The notes: a model not told the origin generated them from the sequence alone. Positions 10,038 to 21,996 are shown, counted from the stretch's first letter. The stretch is 64,000 nucleotides of DNA from Barthelona sp. PCE (GCA_040285745.1 JAUFOR010000002.1:1798001-1862000), one strand, 5' to 3'. Made by a program: numbers and translations.

Positions 10038-11351
10038 TCACAGTGCGACATCAGTTGTGAATGAAAAGCATCGCTGATTTAAGATCTTTGTGAGTTCCTT
10101 CGGACAATACATCATTGTTTGTGTATATTCTATTTTGTCAGGGATTACAAACCCGACCGGGACAATGAAGTATACCAGCTCATTACTCACGTCAATGTCG
10201 CGCACAATACAAGGCTGACCGTCAATAAAACCAATGGAACCAATCATACCTTCCTCCCTCGTTGAAGGTGAAAGAACGTCGTGTGTGTATGTTATAGTGA
10301 GCTGTGAAAGTGGTACCTCAATTGTGCTCTCCAGCATTGTGGAACACCTATCGAGACAGGCCTCACGTGTGCTGCCGAGGAACTTCGACACAATCTGAAG
10401 TGCACGTCGCTCCTTCGTTCCGATTAGCTTCCCCATTCCCTGTTTGACTGGGGACTGTGCTACCATAACCTTACCGCTAAATGTGCTCAAGAGGTCTCGC
10501 AATGCACTGCTCATTGACTCCTTAACAAATACAACCACAGAGGTAACTCTCAGATCTGTAAGCAGTTTCGACAAACAATCGAGACCAAAGGTACTGATCC
10601 AACCGTGTGTGTTAACGATGACAGGAGACTCTTCGTTGTCCACCCGGAGGGATTCTAGCGCTGCAAACATCCTCTGAGGATTACTGCTGGGTGTCGCATC
10701 ACCATATGGGAAACGGGAAACAACATCGTATGACTCGTCGCTGTGACCGTATGGGCAGCTCAGTAGTGGTTTGTGTACCCTTGTGACACCCACCTCTCCT
10801 GGTAAGCAGAATTCAGATTGTCCAACATCAGAATCGACATAAAAAACTTCCTCACTACTGTTCAAGGCAAAATTGGTCAGAAAACGTGTGAACATTGACT
10901 TACCTGTGTTTCTAGCACCCAGTACCGCTACTCGAGGCTGTTCCTCATTTAATACGTGTTGAGCCAAACCAAAGAATGATGCAGGGTATAGCAGACGCCC
11001 CGACTTTGCCTTTGTGTCCCTACCGCGCCCCTTTCGGCCCGCGTAAGTGGCTATACATACAATACATGTGGAGGGATCGACTTCGTGAGCATTCGATCGA
11101 ATAAGACTTACCATATCCCCTGATATGACTTGCTCTTCAACTGCGACGTACATGAGTGCTACCCGAGGCTCTCTAGTGGATCTATCAACAGAGAATTTAT
11201 CGCCTGGGTTCTTCATTGAACCATTCACAAACAGCACCCCCTGAACTATCTCAATGTCCAAATCGCCTCGAACGTAGTGCAAATCATATGGTGGAATCAC
11301 GATAACTTCTTGAGCTCGATCATCTTCTGAGTGATAAGGAATTGTTATCAT
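10038..11351 (-). CDS. Polynucleotide 5'-hydroxyl kinase, Nol9/Grc3 (Clp1 family)
   Basis: P-loop GARNTGKS, DSDVGQSEF.LPG, VIVNTHGW, and RxL motif ERRALQ. Confidence 0.88.
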   Translation of the reverse strand: MITIPYHSEDDRAQEVIVIPPYDLHYVRGDLDIEIVQGVLFVNGSMKNPGDKFSVDRSTREPRVALMYVAVEEQVISGDMVSLIRSNAHEVDPSTCIVCIATYAGRKGRGRDTKAKSGRLLYPASFFGLAQHVLNEEQPRVAVLGARNTGKSMFTRFLTNFALNSSEEVFYVDSDVGQSEFCLPGEVGVTRVHKPLLSCPYGHSDESYDVVSRFPYGDATPSSNPQRMFAALESLRVDNEESPVIVNTHGWISTFGLDCLSKLLTDLRVTSVVVFVKESMSSALRDLLSTFSGKVMVAQSPVKQGMGKLIGTKERRALQIVSKFLGSTREACLDRCSTMLESTIEVPLSQLTITYTHDVLSPSTREEGMIGSIGFIDGQPCIVRDIDVSNELVYFIVPVGFVIPDKIEYTQTMMYCPKELTKILNQRCFSFTTDVAL

Positions 11352-11442
11352 TTTACACTTTTTTTGGGTCAGCCATATTATTATGAAACGCTAGTTCAGT
11401 ACTTTATTATGTTTCTCTATCTTTTTTACATTCAATTTGTCC

Positions 11443-11907
11443 TTAGACTGAAGGGACAGGAGTGTAAACGACTACGGACTCGGCACCTTCCTGTGCATCG
11501 CTGATGGAAAGAATGTAGCAATCCCACAGAGTGACAAAGCAGAAGGCACTGGTACAAATGTTCAAAAGGAATGAAAGGAAGGTTGTAAAGGTTGTAAAAG
11601 CAGCACCAATACCAGAAAGCGTGTTGAGCATTCCAAGAGCAGAAAGAACAAGCATAACAATAGAAATAGTCTTCATTTGAGCATACTTCATCTCACGAGA
11701 ATAGTTGTAGAGGGTGTAAATCAAATAAATGGGAATACCAGTGAAGATCAATACCATAATTATAACAAAAACTGTTCCAACAGGGAGTAACAAAGCAAAC
11801 AAAATACCAATCAAAGTGGTAAGACTGTAAGCTCCAAGAACGATCTGTAACCAGAACGTGTTACGCTTTCTTGCGTCCTCAAGAGTACCAATAAGTGGTT
11901 TAGGCAT
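11443..11907 (-). CDS. Small four-pass membrane protein
   Basis: ATG at 11907 (MPKPLIG...); four hydrophobic segments. The longer track start lies in AT-rich spacer. Confidence 0.7.
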   Translation of the reverse strand: MPKPLIGTLEDARKRNTFWLQIVLGAYSLTTLIGILFALLLPVGTVFVIIMVLIFTGIPIYLIYTLYNYSREMKYAQMKTISIVMLVLSALGMLNTLSGIGAAFTTFTTFLSFLLNICTSAFCFVTLWDCYILSISDAQEGAESVVVYTPVPSV

Positions 11908-12294
11908 ATTAATAAGGTTTGAAATACAAAACTGAATTTTTTCAACTCTTACAAACCATTCTATGTCTTGGAACTTGTTTTTGTGAGATTTACACACAAT
12001 ACAAACATCTGAAACAATGTCAGCCAGCTCTTGTATTGATTTCTTTAAAAGCAGCTCAACATTTCACAGATGGGTATTATGTACTATATTAGAATGATTG
12101 AAGTGGTATAAATGCATGTTCTTTTACATATTGTTGAAAGAATAGTTTTTTTGGATGTCTTCACCTTGGTGGTTTACTAAAATGAAAACCTGCTTACGGG
12201 TGGGCAGACACATCCTTGCCGCTGAGAAAGAATGAAATAAAACTTTCTAGTTCAATTCTTTGAAATAGTTTTACTCTGGTGTTCTATGGTTGAC

Positions 12295-14989
12295 TTAGTT
12301 CTTTAACGTCTCGGACAGTTCAGACAGGACAAGCAGACGCTGTTTCATAGCCTCGAGTTCAAGTTTAACACTCGGGTGCTCGTACTGTTCAAGCATAAGC
12401 TGAATTACTGTGAGAAGCTTCTCCTTCTGCGCCTCCTGGTTGACAAGGTTGTGGAATGCCTGGTGGATCTTCTCCTCCGCAATTGTCAGCTTACCGTCGA
12501 CAAGCTTGCGCACCTTCTCGGTGAATCGTTGTGTCCAACTAATAACATCGAAATTACGCTGCTTGAGCCTGAGACTATCTTGAATCTCTCCCTCAAGCTC
12601 TCTGATTGCAGCACGGAGTGCTTCAGTCTCTTCGCTCAGCTCCTGGATGCTTCCCATGACAATTTCACGCTCTTCGGTTAACTGGTTGATCTCGTGACGT
12701 ATCTGCGTTGTGCTACGCGTGAGCTGCTTCAACTCGTTGCGCAAGCTCGGCACAACATGACTGTTTGTGTTTGTTCGACTCACTGTTCGGCTTGCTGCAC
12801 GCGACTTGAGACGACGTGCTGTCTGTGATGTGTGGATGTTAGCTCTCTTCTGCACTGCTCTCACGGCCTGCTTTTTGCAACTGCGCAAGTGTCTTATCAA
12901 GACCGGCAACCTTAACGCGCATACGGTGAAGCTCTCTCTGCATAACCTTGATCTCTCCATCTCCATCTGTCGGATCCATCATCTCCTTCTTCTCCTTCAG
13001 GATCTCAAGTTTGCGCTCCCAGAACTGTACAATACGCTGGAGCGAAATGATCTCCTTACTCAGATCTTCATCAGTGTAAGAAAGTGAATTAACAAGTTCG
13101 GTGTTTGTTTCAGCTCTGTCAGTAAGATCGCTCAGTTCTTGAGTCCAGTTACTCTCTGTGTTGAAGTACCCATCCTCAAGACTTGTAATCTCATCATTGT
13201 TCGTGCTCTTGATCGAGGAAAGCTTACCCATCGTTCCGTACTGTGTCTTCATAGTCTTACGGATATTGTCGCTGTTCTCTGTGCTCTTCTTGTGATCTCC
13301 CTCCATACGCTTGAGCTTCTCCAGCAACACAATGTTTGAGTTTCTTACATCACCAATTATCTCTTCCTCAGCCTCGATCTTGGTAACAATAGAAACCAAC
13401 TCGGTCTGGAATCGCAGCCACTGCTTCTCGACGCTTGAGTTATCAGTGTGGAATTGATTAATTTCTTTCTTGTAGTTAAATATCTGTGCTTCAAGTGGAC
13501 CAAGATTCTCCTCCTCAACGTTGCTCGTCAGAGCCTCGAGTTTACGATCAAGAAGCTGCACGCGAGACTGCTTTTTCGCAATGTTATCAGCCTTCGACCT
13601 ATTAAGCGAGGTCAACTTGGACAGAATCTCTTCCTTCTCCTTGAGCTCTGCAATGCTAAGATCACGGTGCTTCTCGAGTTCAGCGAGCGCCTTCTTGAAC
13701 GTGAAAATATCAATATCAAGACGGACACCCTCGTTCTCGTCCGTGAGGATACGACTCTCCTCGGTGAATATTCGCTGCTGCATACCTTGGATTAGAGCCA
13801 GAACGTTCCTGATCTCCGACTTGATCGTCGCAGCATCGCTCATGTACACATCGTAATCCTGGTCAAGCTGCTTGTTCAGCACAACAAACTTATCGTACTC
13901 GGCCTGAACCTTGTTGTACTCTGTCTGAAGTTGCTTCTTTTGCTTCTCAACAACCTTATACTCCTCCTCTTTCTCATTGATGCTCTTTGTAAACTCCTCC
14001 TGGCGTAGAAGACACTTATCCTTGAGATCACTGATCTTCTTGAACTCCTTCAGGATCGACTGGCGCTCCATCGTGAGGCGATCAAGACGTGAAGTTGCGT
14101 CGGCGTACTTGTCTTGCTCCTCGCGGATGTTCTCAAGTGTGGCGTCAGCCTCAGCATCAACTGCTTGGATCTCCTCGACCTGCTCGGCGATGGCTTCGTT
14201 GATGCTGGACAAGGCCTCATGTCTCCTCTGCAAACCAATGAGAGATGACTGCCACTGAGAATTCAATGCTCTCTTTTCAGCCTGCATTGCCTCGATCTGA
14301 CCACGTGCCTCTGCAATAACTGCGTGCGAGTCCAGTCTCTCCTTCTGCTGTGCTACATACTGTGCCTGCTTCAACGCAAGCATATTCTCGTAATCCTTCT
14401 TCGTAGATTCAAGCCCGTCAATACGGAAGTCCTGTTCTTGTTTCTCGGCCTCGTAGTTGCGCAGCTCCTCCTCCGTCTTGTCTGCAGCACGCTGTGTAAG
14501 CTTGATCTCATTGATAATAGCCTGTTTGTACTCCTCAACTTGCTGAACAGTGAATTGTAATCTGTCGAGATCTCTTTGCTGGTCAATTGTGCTCTCGTGC
14601 GCGTACTTGGAATCCTTTTGGATGTTGTCAAGCTTCTCTTCGAGCTTCTCCACAGCGTCTTCCATTGCGTTTGCTTCTTCACCTACTTTGAGCACGTTTG
14701 TGTGCACCTGCTCGAGACTGACCTGTGCTCGGGCGAGGTTTTGCTGGGCTGTATAAAGAGAAACACCATGGTTCTCCAAGTCATCATCCATTGTGCGTAG
14801 TTGGTCTCTTCGCTCTTTAAGCTCCTCTTTACGTTGCCTGATGAATTCCTTCAGCTGGTTTTCGTACTCAGCATTCAACACGTGAATCAATGGGTGACCT
14901 TCGCTTATGTTTAGATCATCTATGCTTGCAAATATGTCTTCCGCGGCGTTTCCGGTCTCTACCACTTCGGTATGCTCAATATCTGACAT
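12295..14989 (-). CDS. CCDC40: CCDC40/FAP172-like axonemal ruler protein, split by a 1-nt frameshift near 12872-12876
   Basis: GVSLYTAQQNLARAQ, EKQEQDFRID, LNSQWQSSLIGLQRRHEAL, LGPLEAQI, QWLRFQTELV, FWERKL and EIKVMQRELHRM in ORF 12839-14989. The conserved tail (LKQRNFDVISWTQR...LEQY) is in overlapping ORF 12295-12966. Removing one base gives 897 aa. Confidence 0.88.
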
Positions 14990-15696
14990 TGTACAACCTT
15001 GTAAAAGAGCAAATACAAGATAACTGGTTAAGAAAAGGGTGAAATGATTTTAAACACCTCTTTCATTATTTTTGATGGTTGGCTTGGTGGGGAATCTTGT
15101 GTTTTTTCCGATTGCAGCATACACAAGGGGCTAAATTATGAAGCTTTTTAATCTTTTTGCAAAGATGATAATTCATAAGGTGAAAGACCTTTTTCTGGCA
15201 CGATTGTTGGGCATATACTTGATTGTTGTCCACTTTTTTTTTTTTTGCAGGAGACAGGCGAAGCCTGTCGAGTGATGGTTTGTCAAAAGACAACTGAAGG
15301 TTTAGCAATTGAATGAGAACAAGATAGGAGTGGGTTCAAATTCAAATATCTCACCTATAGCACTGGTTGGATTTCTATTTAATTTATTTGTTATTTATAT
15401 AAACCAGATGTATGAACAAATCGCGACAAAAGCTGCCCACTACAAAGTTCATTATTGAGGATCCGAACCACTTTGGTCCTACCTTCCATCTTTAGATCTC
15501 TGTAAATCGTTACGTTCACCATGCCAATGGTTCTCTATTCCCACGAGTGCAAGTGAGAATGTTGAGTCATGTATGTGAACAAAATTTTTTTTATATTGTT
15601 TATGTCTGATTCAAATGGTTATAATAATGTACATTTCTTAACTTTACTGATCTTAACTTGTACAAATTTATCACATTCAGATCAAACTTTGAGTGA

Positions 15697-16068
15697 TTAG
15701 AAGAAAAGCATCAGGATAGCAGCAACGATAAAGAAGGCACCGGTAATTAAATAAATAGTCTTTTCTGCGAATACTAAAGCACCGACAAACAAGAAGAATA
15801 CAGCCTTTGGCTTACCATCAGACAAGAAGGGCATGCTTGATTCAATCATTGCGGCAACAGGAGCACAGAAACCAAGTTCCTTAGCTAAGATCGCAAAACT
15901 GAAGGCGAAGAGAAAGATTGAAACAATCAAAGTGCTTATCAAATGATAGATATCACCATCCAAAACATCAAGGAAACGCATGACACTGATGAAGGCTAAA
16001 AACAATGCGGCGATAATGCTAAGAACCTTAGCTGATTTCTTGCTACAGTCAGGGCTACAAATGGTCAT
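15697..16068 (-). CDS. COPI-associated/Tvp15-like Golgi membrane protein
   Basis: 123 aa from ATG 16068; 3-4 TM segments; PFL....KAVFFLFVGAL resembles the family motif. Confidence 0.65.
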   Translation of the reverse strand: MTICSPDCSKKSAKVLSIIAALFLAFISVMRFLDVLDGDIYHLISTLIVSIFLFAFSFAILAKELGFCAPVAAMIESSMPFLSDGKPKAVFFLFVGALVFAEKTIYLITGAFFIVAAILMLFF

Positions 16069-16899
16069 TTTAAAATGAAAGAAATGGATTGAAAAAAGCA
16101 AAGCAAAAACAGCGTGATAGTCTACACATTCCTGTACGACGGTAGGGTATATATCCTGAGAACTCCCCAAATATTTCATATTAAAGACACGAAACCAATA
16201 CTTTCCCAAAAAAGTTTGGAATGATTCAAAAATTATTGAAAATTACATGTCATGTTATGTGGGGTATCACAGCAAAAATCTGGCTGAAAGCTTTACATAA
16301 GTTCATAACTCAACATACACAGCATTTATGAAAAATTTCTACAACAATACATATTTCAGTATATTATTTAGTTTCAGCTCTTTCTATTGCATATTGTCCA
16401 AGTGCGTAACCGGAGAAATAAAGTTCCAAAGCAAATACCAAATCTGAACACAAAAAAATTCTACCTTACCTCTAAAACCTATTTAATAAAGCAGTTTGCT
16501 ATTCTCAGTTTCACGGTATGAGCAGTAATAATGAGAATGTGAGCTCATGGCTCTAAATCCAAATATCGATGAGTTACTCACTATTACCTATTGCAAAAAA
16601 AGAAACTCTTACAAATGAGATACCATTTCAAGCAATCCTGCTTTGAAAACGGTGATAAAATTGTGTAGTCCTGGGTTATGTTGCTCATCAATGCTAAAAA
16701 CTCTTGCACAACTGGTACTTCAGTCGCTTGAAATTCTATATTATTTGTGTTGCAGCCTTCAAATTTTCTTCAAAAACGTACATTTCTGTGGAATATATAG
16801 GCTCACCTTTCTCTTTATAAGGCTAAAATAGCTCAATGTGCACATGAACAGAAGTAAGCGCATTCAATTTTTCTATCCTTTACAACACATTTGAGCATA

Positions 16900-17997
16900 A
16901 TGCGCTCAGTTATGAAAGGTGCATTATCGATAGAGTCGCCCCACGCTATCAAAATTCCGGCTACCCCTTTGATAAGACCATCTTTTGAAGATATAAGTAC
17001 ACAGCTGCCGCAAACACGACCTGTAGAACCAGTTGCTCATTCTCCTATGAATCACGCAGCTACGCCGATGGCTAAACATCATGCAGTTCCAATGGCAGTT
17101 CAAATTCAAACTCCTCAAATTCACACACCGTACCAAGGCGTAGGAACACCAATGATGGCGTTCTCACACATGCAACATGGTACACCAACTATGTATCCTG
17201 TCCAAAGCGTAGCTTTACCATCACCATCTTTACATCATCAATATAGTCCTTATAATATCCAGTTCCAGGCTCCTCAGTATCAAATTCCGATATATGCGTC
17301 TCCCATCGGCGCAAAGATACAGCAACCGATGCATCAACATGTGGTTGAACCTGAACTCAAAAAACAAGCAGTGTATCAAACCGTTGAGGAAAAGCATGTG
17401 GATATTAAACCTGAAAATGAGAAGGAAATTGAGGAAACGCTAAAGGAAGCATCCACCATGATTAAAAAGAAGAAAAAGAAGAAGAAGAAGAAGGGTAAAC
17501 CGCACTATGCTCTACCCACTTCTTCTTCATTTTTACGTTTCAATAATGAACCAATAACCGACCTTCTTGAGAGCACAGATAAGAATATGGATCGGAATGA
17601 AGAATATGAGGAAATTTTAAAAAAAACAGGTTCTGTACTTTCTGCCACATCACAATTATTTACACATAAACCCAATATTGGGAAGAAAAGGAAGAATGTT
17701 AGACCTCCTGCGGTTGGTTCTCCTTTCCACAAATCCTTGTCAAAAGGAAAATTCCCTTCTGCAACAGATATTCAGATGAATGAGATCAAAACAAAGGAGT
17801 ACAAGCTGAATAGCTCTCCTTCTTTTCATCAGCTCAGTCATTTGAATCATTCCAATGCTTCAATGGGTAATATGTATTGGGCTGGTTCTTTACGTTCTAC
17901 AACGGTTAAAAGTGTTCCTAAGGCAAAGAAGAAGCTCTACAGGCCTGTCCATACCCCCTTAAAAAGCTCAAACTCACAGTTGGTCCTGAAGAAGTAA
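16900..17997 (+). CDS. Low-complexity hypothetical protein (Pro/Gln/His-rich, poly-Lys)
   Basis: Long open frame with a ten-lysine tract (possible NLS); no domain recognised. Confidence 0.7.
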   Translation: MRSVMKGALSIESPHAIKIPATPLIRPSFEDISTQLPQTRPVEPVAHSPMNHAATPMAKHHAVPMAVQIQTPQIHTPYQGVGTPMMAFSHMQHGTPTMYPVQSVALPSPSLHHQYSPYNIQFQAPQYQIPIYASPIGAKIQQPMHQHVVEPELKKQAVYQTVEEKHVDIKPENEKEIEETLKEASTMIKKKKKKKKKKGKPHYALPTSSSFLRFNNEPITDLLESTDKNMDRNEEYEEILKKTGSVLSATSQLFTHKPNIGKKRKNVRPPAVGSPFHKSLSKGKFPSATDIQMNEIKTKEYKLNSSPSFHQLSHLNHSNASMGNMYWAGSLRSTTVKSVPKAKKKLYRPVHTPLKSSNSQLVLKK

Positions 17998-18027
17998 ATA
18001 ATCGCTATACTGTTTTAACCATTTTTC

Positions 18028-18636
18028 ATGGAGTGTTCTTTCTTGGGGAGGAGGGTACCGACGATTGTGACGTTGGCCATTCCATTATTAAAGACAATTG
18101 ACTTTGATGAATATGAGAGAATTTTTCAAATCATATTTTCGCAGTTTGATGCGGGCAACACAGATATAGATGAAGAGGCGATCGTAGAAATCAGCTCAAT
18201 TTGTGATAGATATAACATTACTGAAGATGAGCAAAAAAAGAATTTATTTTCAGGTCTTTATATATTTGTACAAGGTTTTCTCCGTAGAAAACCGCAAAAA
18301 GAAGCATTGTTCCATGGTCTAGAAGGACTTACATTTCCTGAAAATCAAATTAAGCATCTCGGAAAATTGTTAAGAAAGTTGGGAAAACGAATCGACGTTC
18401 AATCTCAACCAGGAGTTCACTTTAAGGACCTTTCATGGCGTCTGGATGTCATATTCTCCAATCAAAACAGCACAAAGGTTATGAAACCTAGGATACTGAT
18501 GGAATTTGAAACTACTGATGGGGAAAAACGTATGTTCTCACTCACAAAGGATGAGTTCTCCAATTTCAGATATCAAGTAGCATCTTGTTTCAGTGAATTG
18601 CAAATATTGAATGAAAACGTTAAAAAATTCAACTAA
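18028..18636 (+). CDS. COMMD5: COMM domain protein, COMMD5-like
   Basis: C-terminal FKDLSWRLDV...KPRILMEFETTDG...FSNFRYQVA matches the COMM domain; the FRYQVA ending is COMMD5-like. Confidence 0.75.
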   Translation: MECSFLGRRVPTIVTLAIPLLKTIDFDEYERIFQIIFSQFDAGNTDIDEEAIVEISSICDRYNITEDEQKKNLFSGLYIFVQGFLRRKPQKEALFHGLEGLTFPENQIKHLGKLLRKLGKRIDVQSQPGVHFKDLSWRLDVIFSNQNSTKVMKPRILMEFETTDGEKRMFSLTKDEFSNFRYQVASCFSELQILNENVKKFN

Positions 18637-20523
18637 TCAGTCAAACCTGCTAAATAAATTAAACATATCACACGTACATTCTGAGATAGCATCAGTTAGG
18701 TTTAAATTGATGTTGTCGATATGAACAGATGCCAAATTCTGGCTAAACCTTGCAACGCTCATTCTCACAGTAAACCCCTGTATATTCGTATCATAGCTGA
18801 CCAGGCACCCTGGCCCCACAGCTGCAATAGTCCTTCCGGAGTACTTGCACTTCTTGAAAGCGGACGACAACTGTAGCACTCTCTTACCTTCGTTCTCAAA
18901 TACGTATGTCTTACCCTTATGGAACACAGCACCCTGACCTACAAACAATGGAACGTAGTTCTCAACAACGTTACAAACATCTGCTACCATGACAGCATCA
19001 CTTGCAGATTCGAATCTCACAAAGTAATAAATCCTTTTACCGAAATTAATCACAGCCTCGTTGCAACAGAACGGATTCACGTACATACGGAAAATGTACT
19101 CATCTCCGAAATTATGTACAGCTGTGCCAGCTATCGTACCATTGGTTGCTAACCTAACAACCCTGACCTCGTGATCACCATATGACCAGACATTGTCCGA
19201 ACTGAGAGAAAAATTCAGTTCGTTAGTGATTGATCCGATGCATGAATCGTTCGACAGAAGATCGTAACCCCGCTTTGTTTTGCGAGGGATAACAATATGG
19301 TCACTGTTGAACTGTGCGACGCCACGCCCCCGCACCATCCGGTATCTTCCAACCTCATCATCACCAATATTCAATATCATCTCATCGCCTTGAACAGTCA
19401 CATATCTTGTGTTCCACTGCTGGGTTTTTACGTCATAGATCGGGTGTACCTGCAACAAACTACGTCCAGCGGCCCCACCGGGATTAAGAACAGTTAGACG
19501 ACCGCCATAAATGTCCCACAAAAGACGCTTCCCGGTAGATTCCTTAAGGTAAAAGAGATGGAGCCCTGTGGTCACCATGTTTTCCAGTTGTAGCAACTGT
19601 CCATCGCCCCGCAGTGAGAAGAAACCTTTCATCTTTGAGGCTGATGTCAGCAACGATATTTCAGTCCGGCCTCGACGATCGTTATGGATACTACTACACA
19701 GTAAACCACCCATCATTGCATATTGCGTATGATGCGGCATTCTTAAATAGTTAAACGGTTTAACATTTTCACCAACCAAAACAATAGCGTTGTACTGCAA
19801 GAAATCCGGACTATTCTTGTCTTGTAGCTGAAATGGAAGCTGAAACTCCAATGGAACGGAATGATACGAGCCATTTGTGACTTTATATGTGTGGAACATA
19901 CCTCCAGTTGAAAAAATAAAACTGCTCTTTCCTGGACTTCGGTTCAACGTATGATATTTTAATCCCTTAAGAGGATCATCAACCAACTGTGGTTCACCAT
20001 CTACCAGTGTAAGCACACTTCCAACCTCTCGGTTTCGATCATCTATCAGATAATATACGGAGTCTTGCTCAAAAACTAAAATCTGTCCCAGTAGAACTCC
20101 CGAAAAGTACTGCACATAACTTTCCTGATTAGTCTCCACGTCAAAGAAGCTTATGTAGCTCCTGCTTATATGAGACATGAAATATCGACGATTTAACATA
20201 CAGCCATTACTGTAATTCAATAAACCCATATCGAGTTCAGCGTAAGAGAACTCATACTTTTTGGTTAACTGGAGATCTCTGCCATCATACTCGAACAATT
20301 CAACCGTTCTAATACCATCATAAAATCCAAAGCGATACCAAACATTGGATTCCAACATACATGGCAATATTGGATGATCCTGCTTTTCACAATCGAGTAA
20401 GAATATGTCACGACCTTGCTTATCAATTCCCATAAACGTGTGTGTATTTAAATGATCATTGTTGCCAATAATAACGAGATTGCTATTAAATTTTCTGGTT
20501 CTGAGAGATTCTACAATCGGCAT
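18637..20523 (-). CDS. Uncharacterised ~625-aa beta-rich family, member 1
   Basis: 628 aa; collinear motif blocks shared with 43828-45705 and 47161-49047. Confidence 0.8.
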   Translation of the reverse strand: MPIVESLRTRKFNSNLVIIGNNDHLNTHTFMGIDKQGRDIFLLDCEKQDHPILPCMLESNVWYRFGFYDGIRTVELFEYDGRDLQLTKKYEFSYAELDMGLLNYSNGCMLNRRYFMSHISRSYISFFDVETNQESYVQYFSGVLLGQILVFEQDSVYYLIDDRNREVGSVLTLVDGEPQLVDDPLKGLKYHTLNRSPGKSSFIFSTGGMFHTYKVTNGSYHSVPLEFQLPFQLQDKNSPDFLQYNAIVLVGENVKPFNYLRMPHHTQYAMMGGLLCSSIHNDRRGRTEISLLTSASKMKGFFSLRGDGQLLQLENMVTTGLHLFYLKESTGKRLLWDIYGGRLTVLNPGGAAGRSLLQVHPIYDVKTQQWNTRYVTVQGDEMILNIGDDEVGRYRMVRGRGVAQFNSDHIVIPRKTKRGYDLLSNDSCIGSITNELNFSLSSDNVWSYGDHEVRVVRLATNGTIAGTAVHNFGDEYIFRMYVNPFCCNEAVINFGKRIYYFVRFESASDAVMVADVCNVVENYVPLFVGQGAVFHKGKTYVFENEGKRVLQLSSAFKKCKYSGRTIAAVGPGCLVSYDTNIQGFTVRMSVARFSQNLASVHIDNINLNLTDAISECTCDMFNLFSRFD

Positions 20524-20932
20524 GTTGATGACAGTAATACAAAATTAACTCTCAAAATAATGAGAAAATGAAGAGATAAGGAGAAAAAGAAAAAACACCT
20601 CTTCTGTGTTATTGAAACATAATTATATTTAATCCTTCCTACTGACTCACATTTATTCACCCTGTTACTCACAAACAGCCCACAAAAAAGGTAACTGCAA
20701 AATTCACCTGAATACTTTCTATTCTCTTTCTGTCAAAATCAATAACAGAATCTTTGTGATCATAAGCATGAGTTATTTGAATTCCATAATGTAGAGTCAT
20801 CATATTCTAATTGAATGAAAAAATGAGGAAAATTTTCGAATCTGTCATTAAGCATGAATTATAACCGTCAAACATTCCTAAATCCTATTTTTGGGTTATT
20901 TTATGCTTTGAACCAGTTAAGTGTTCAATGCT

Positions 20933-21294
20933 ATGACTTCACAGGGGCTGAGTTCTCTCGGATACATGCATGTTTACTGACAGATATCTAGTTGGATGGC
21001 GTGAATAAGTTCCTAAGCTCGAGGTCGGGTAATTGAGTTCCCACCCCATAAAAAATTGTAAAAAAGAGAAATCCGGAATGTACGATAAAGGACGTAATTC
21101 GGACAGCACATTCATGACTTCACAGGGGCTGAGTTCTCTCGGATACATGCATGTTTACTGACAGATATCTAGTTGGATGGCGTGAATAAGTTCCTAAGCT
21201 CGAGGTCGGGTAATTGAGTTCCCACCCCATAAAAAATAGTAAAAAAGAGAAATCCGGAATGTACGATAAAGGGCGTAATTCGGACAGCACATTC
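20933..21294. repeat. Tandem duplication, 2 x 181 bp
   Basis: Units start at 20933 and 21114 (ATGACTTCACAGGGGCTGAG...). They differ at two positions (ttgt/tagt and ggacg/gggcg). A degenerate third start, ATGAGTCACAG, lies at 21295. Confidence 0.95.
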
Positions 21295-21996
21295 ATGAGT
21301 CACAGATTCACTCTGCCATGAGTTCCGTCAACCACATGCTTCCATCATTCAACATGAAAAGTACAATCTCACACTTAAAAGCTTTATATACTTTTATCAT
21401 GCATCACATCCCGCACTTTATGCCCAAAAAATGGACACTTAACCCTAAAATTTGCAATTACGAATTCTATTCAAAAAAAAAGTTCACTTAATGCCATTAC
21501 GAACATTGCAGTTCGAGGACGAATTGGATCTATTAGACTGAAACAGGTAAAAGAAAGATTCACCCTGAGCTTTCTAATGGCGGTAGAATTAACTATCAAA
21601 AAAGGAAATAGAACCTTACAACTACAAAATTGTGGTGTTAGTGGCTTTAAACGGTGCAATATAAAGGGATAACCATCTAAAATTCTCACATACAAAAGCA
21701 ACATAGATATAATTTTAAAAATACTCTATTTTCATGTTTTTCATGTACGTATGCTCTTTTATGTGCAGTACTGTGTACTGTACATCGAAAAATGTTGACT
21801 AAATAATCTGAACACTTGAAATGCATAAGACTTTTGAAAACAAGATTCTATATTTTCAATGTTGTTCCTACTTCCCTTCTTCCAAGAATTCGATAAAGTA
21901 GGCAGTGAAATGAATGAAGTGTATAAAACAAAGCATCAAAACCAAACATCTAAAATTTCTTTTACTTCAATTACTATCACTACAATGAATTAAAAA

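Noticed and set aside
15400-15580. ACAGAGA (U6-like) and GGTTCGGATCC (T-loop-like) motifs on the minus strand, plus short ORFs
   Set aside because: There is no AGC triad or U6 internal stem-loop and no tRNA fold; the ORFs are short with no recognisable motif.
20933-21294. CRISPR array or coding repeat (69-aa ORF 20939-21148)
   Set aside because: Two full-length 181-bp copies with no spacers, in a eukaryotic context; the ORF merely spans the repeat junction.
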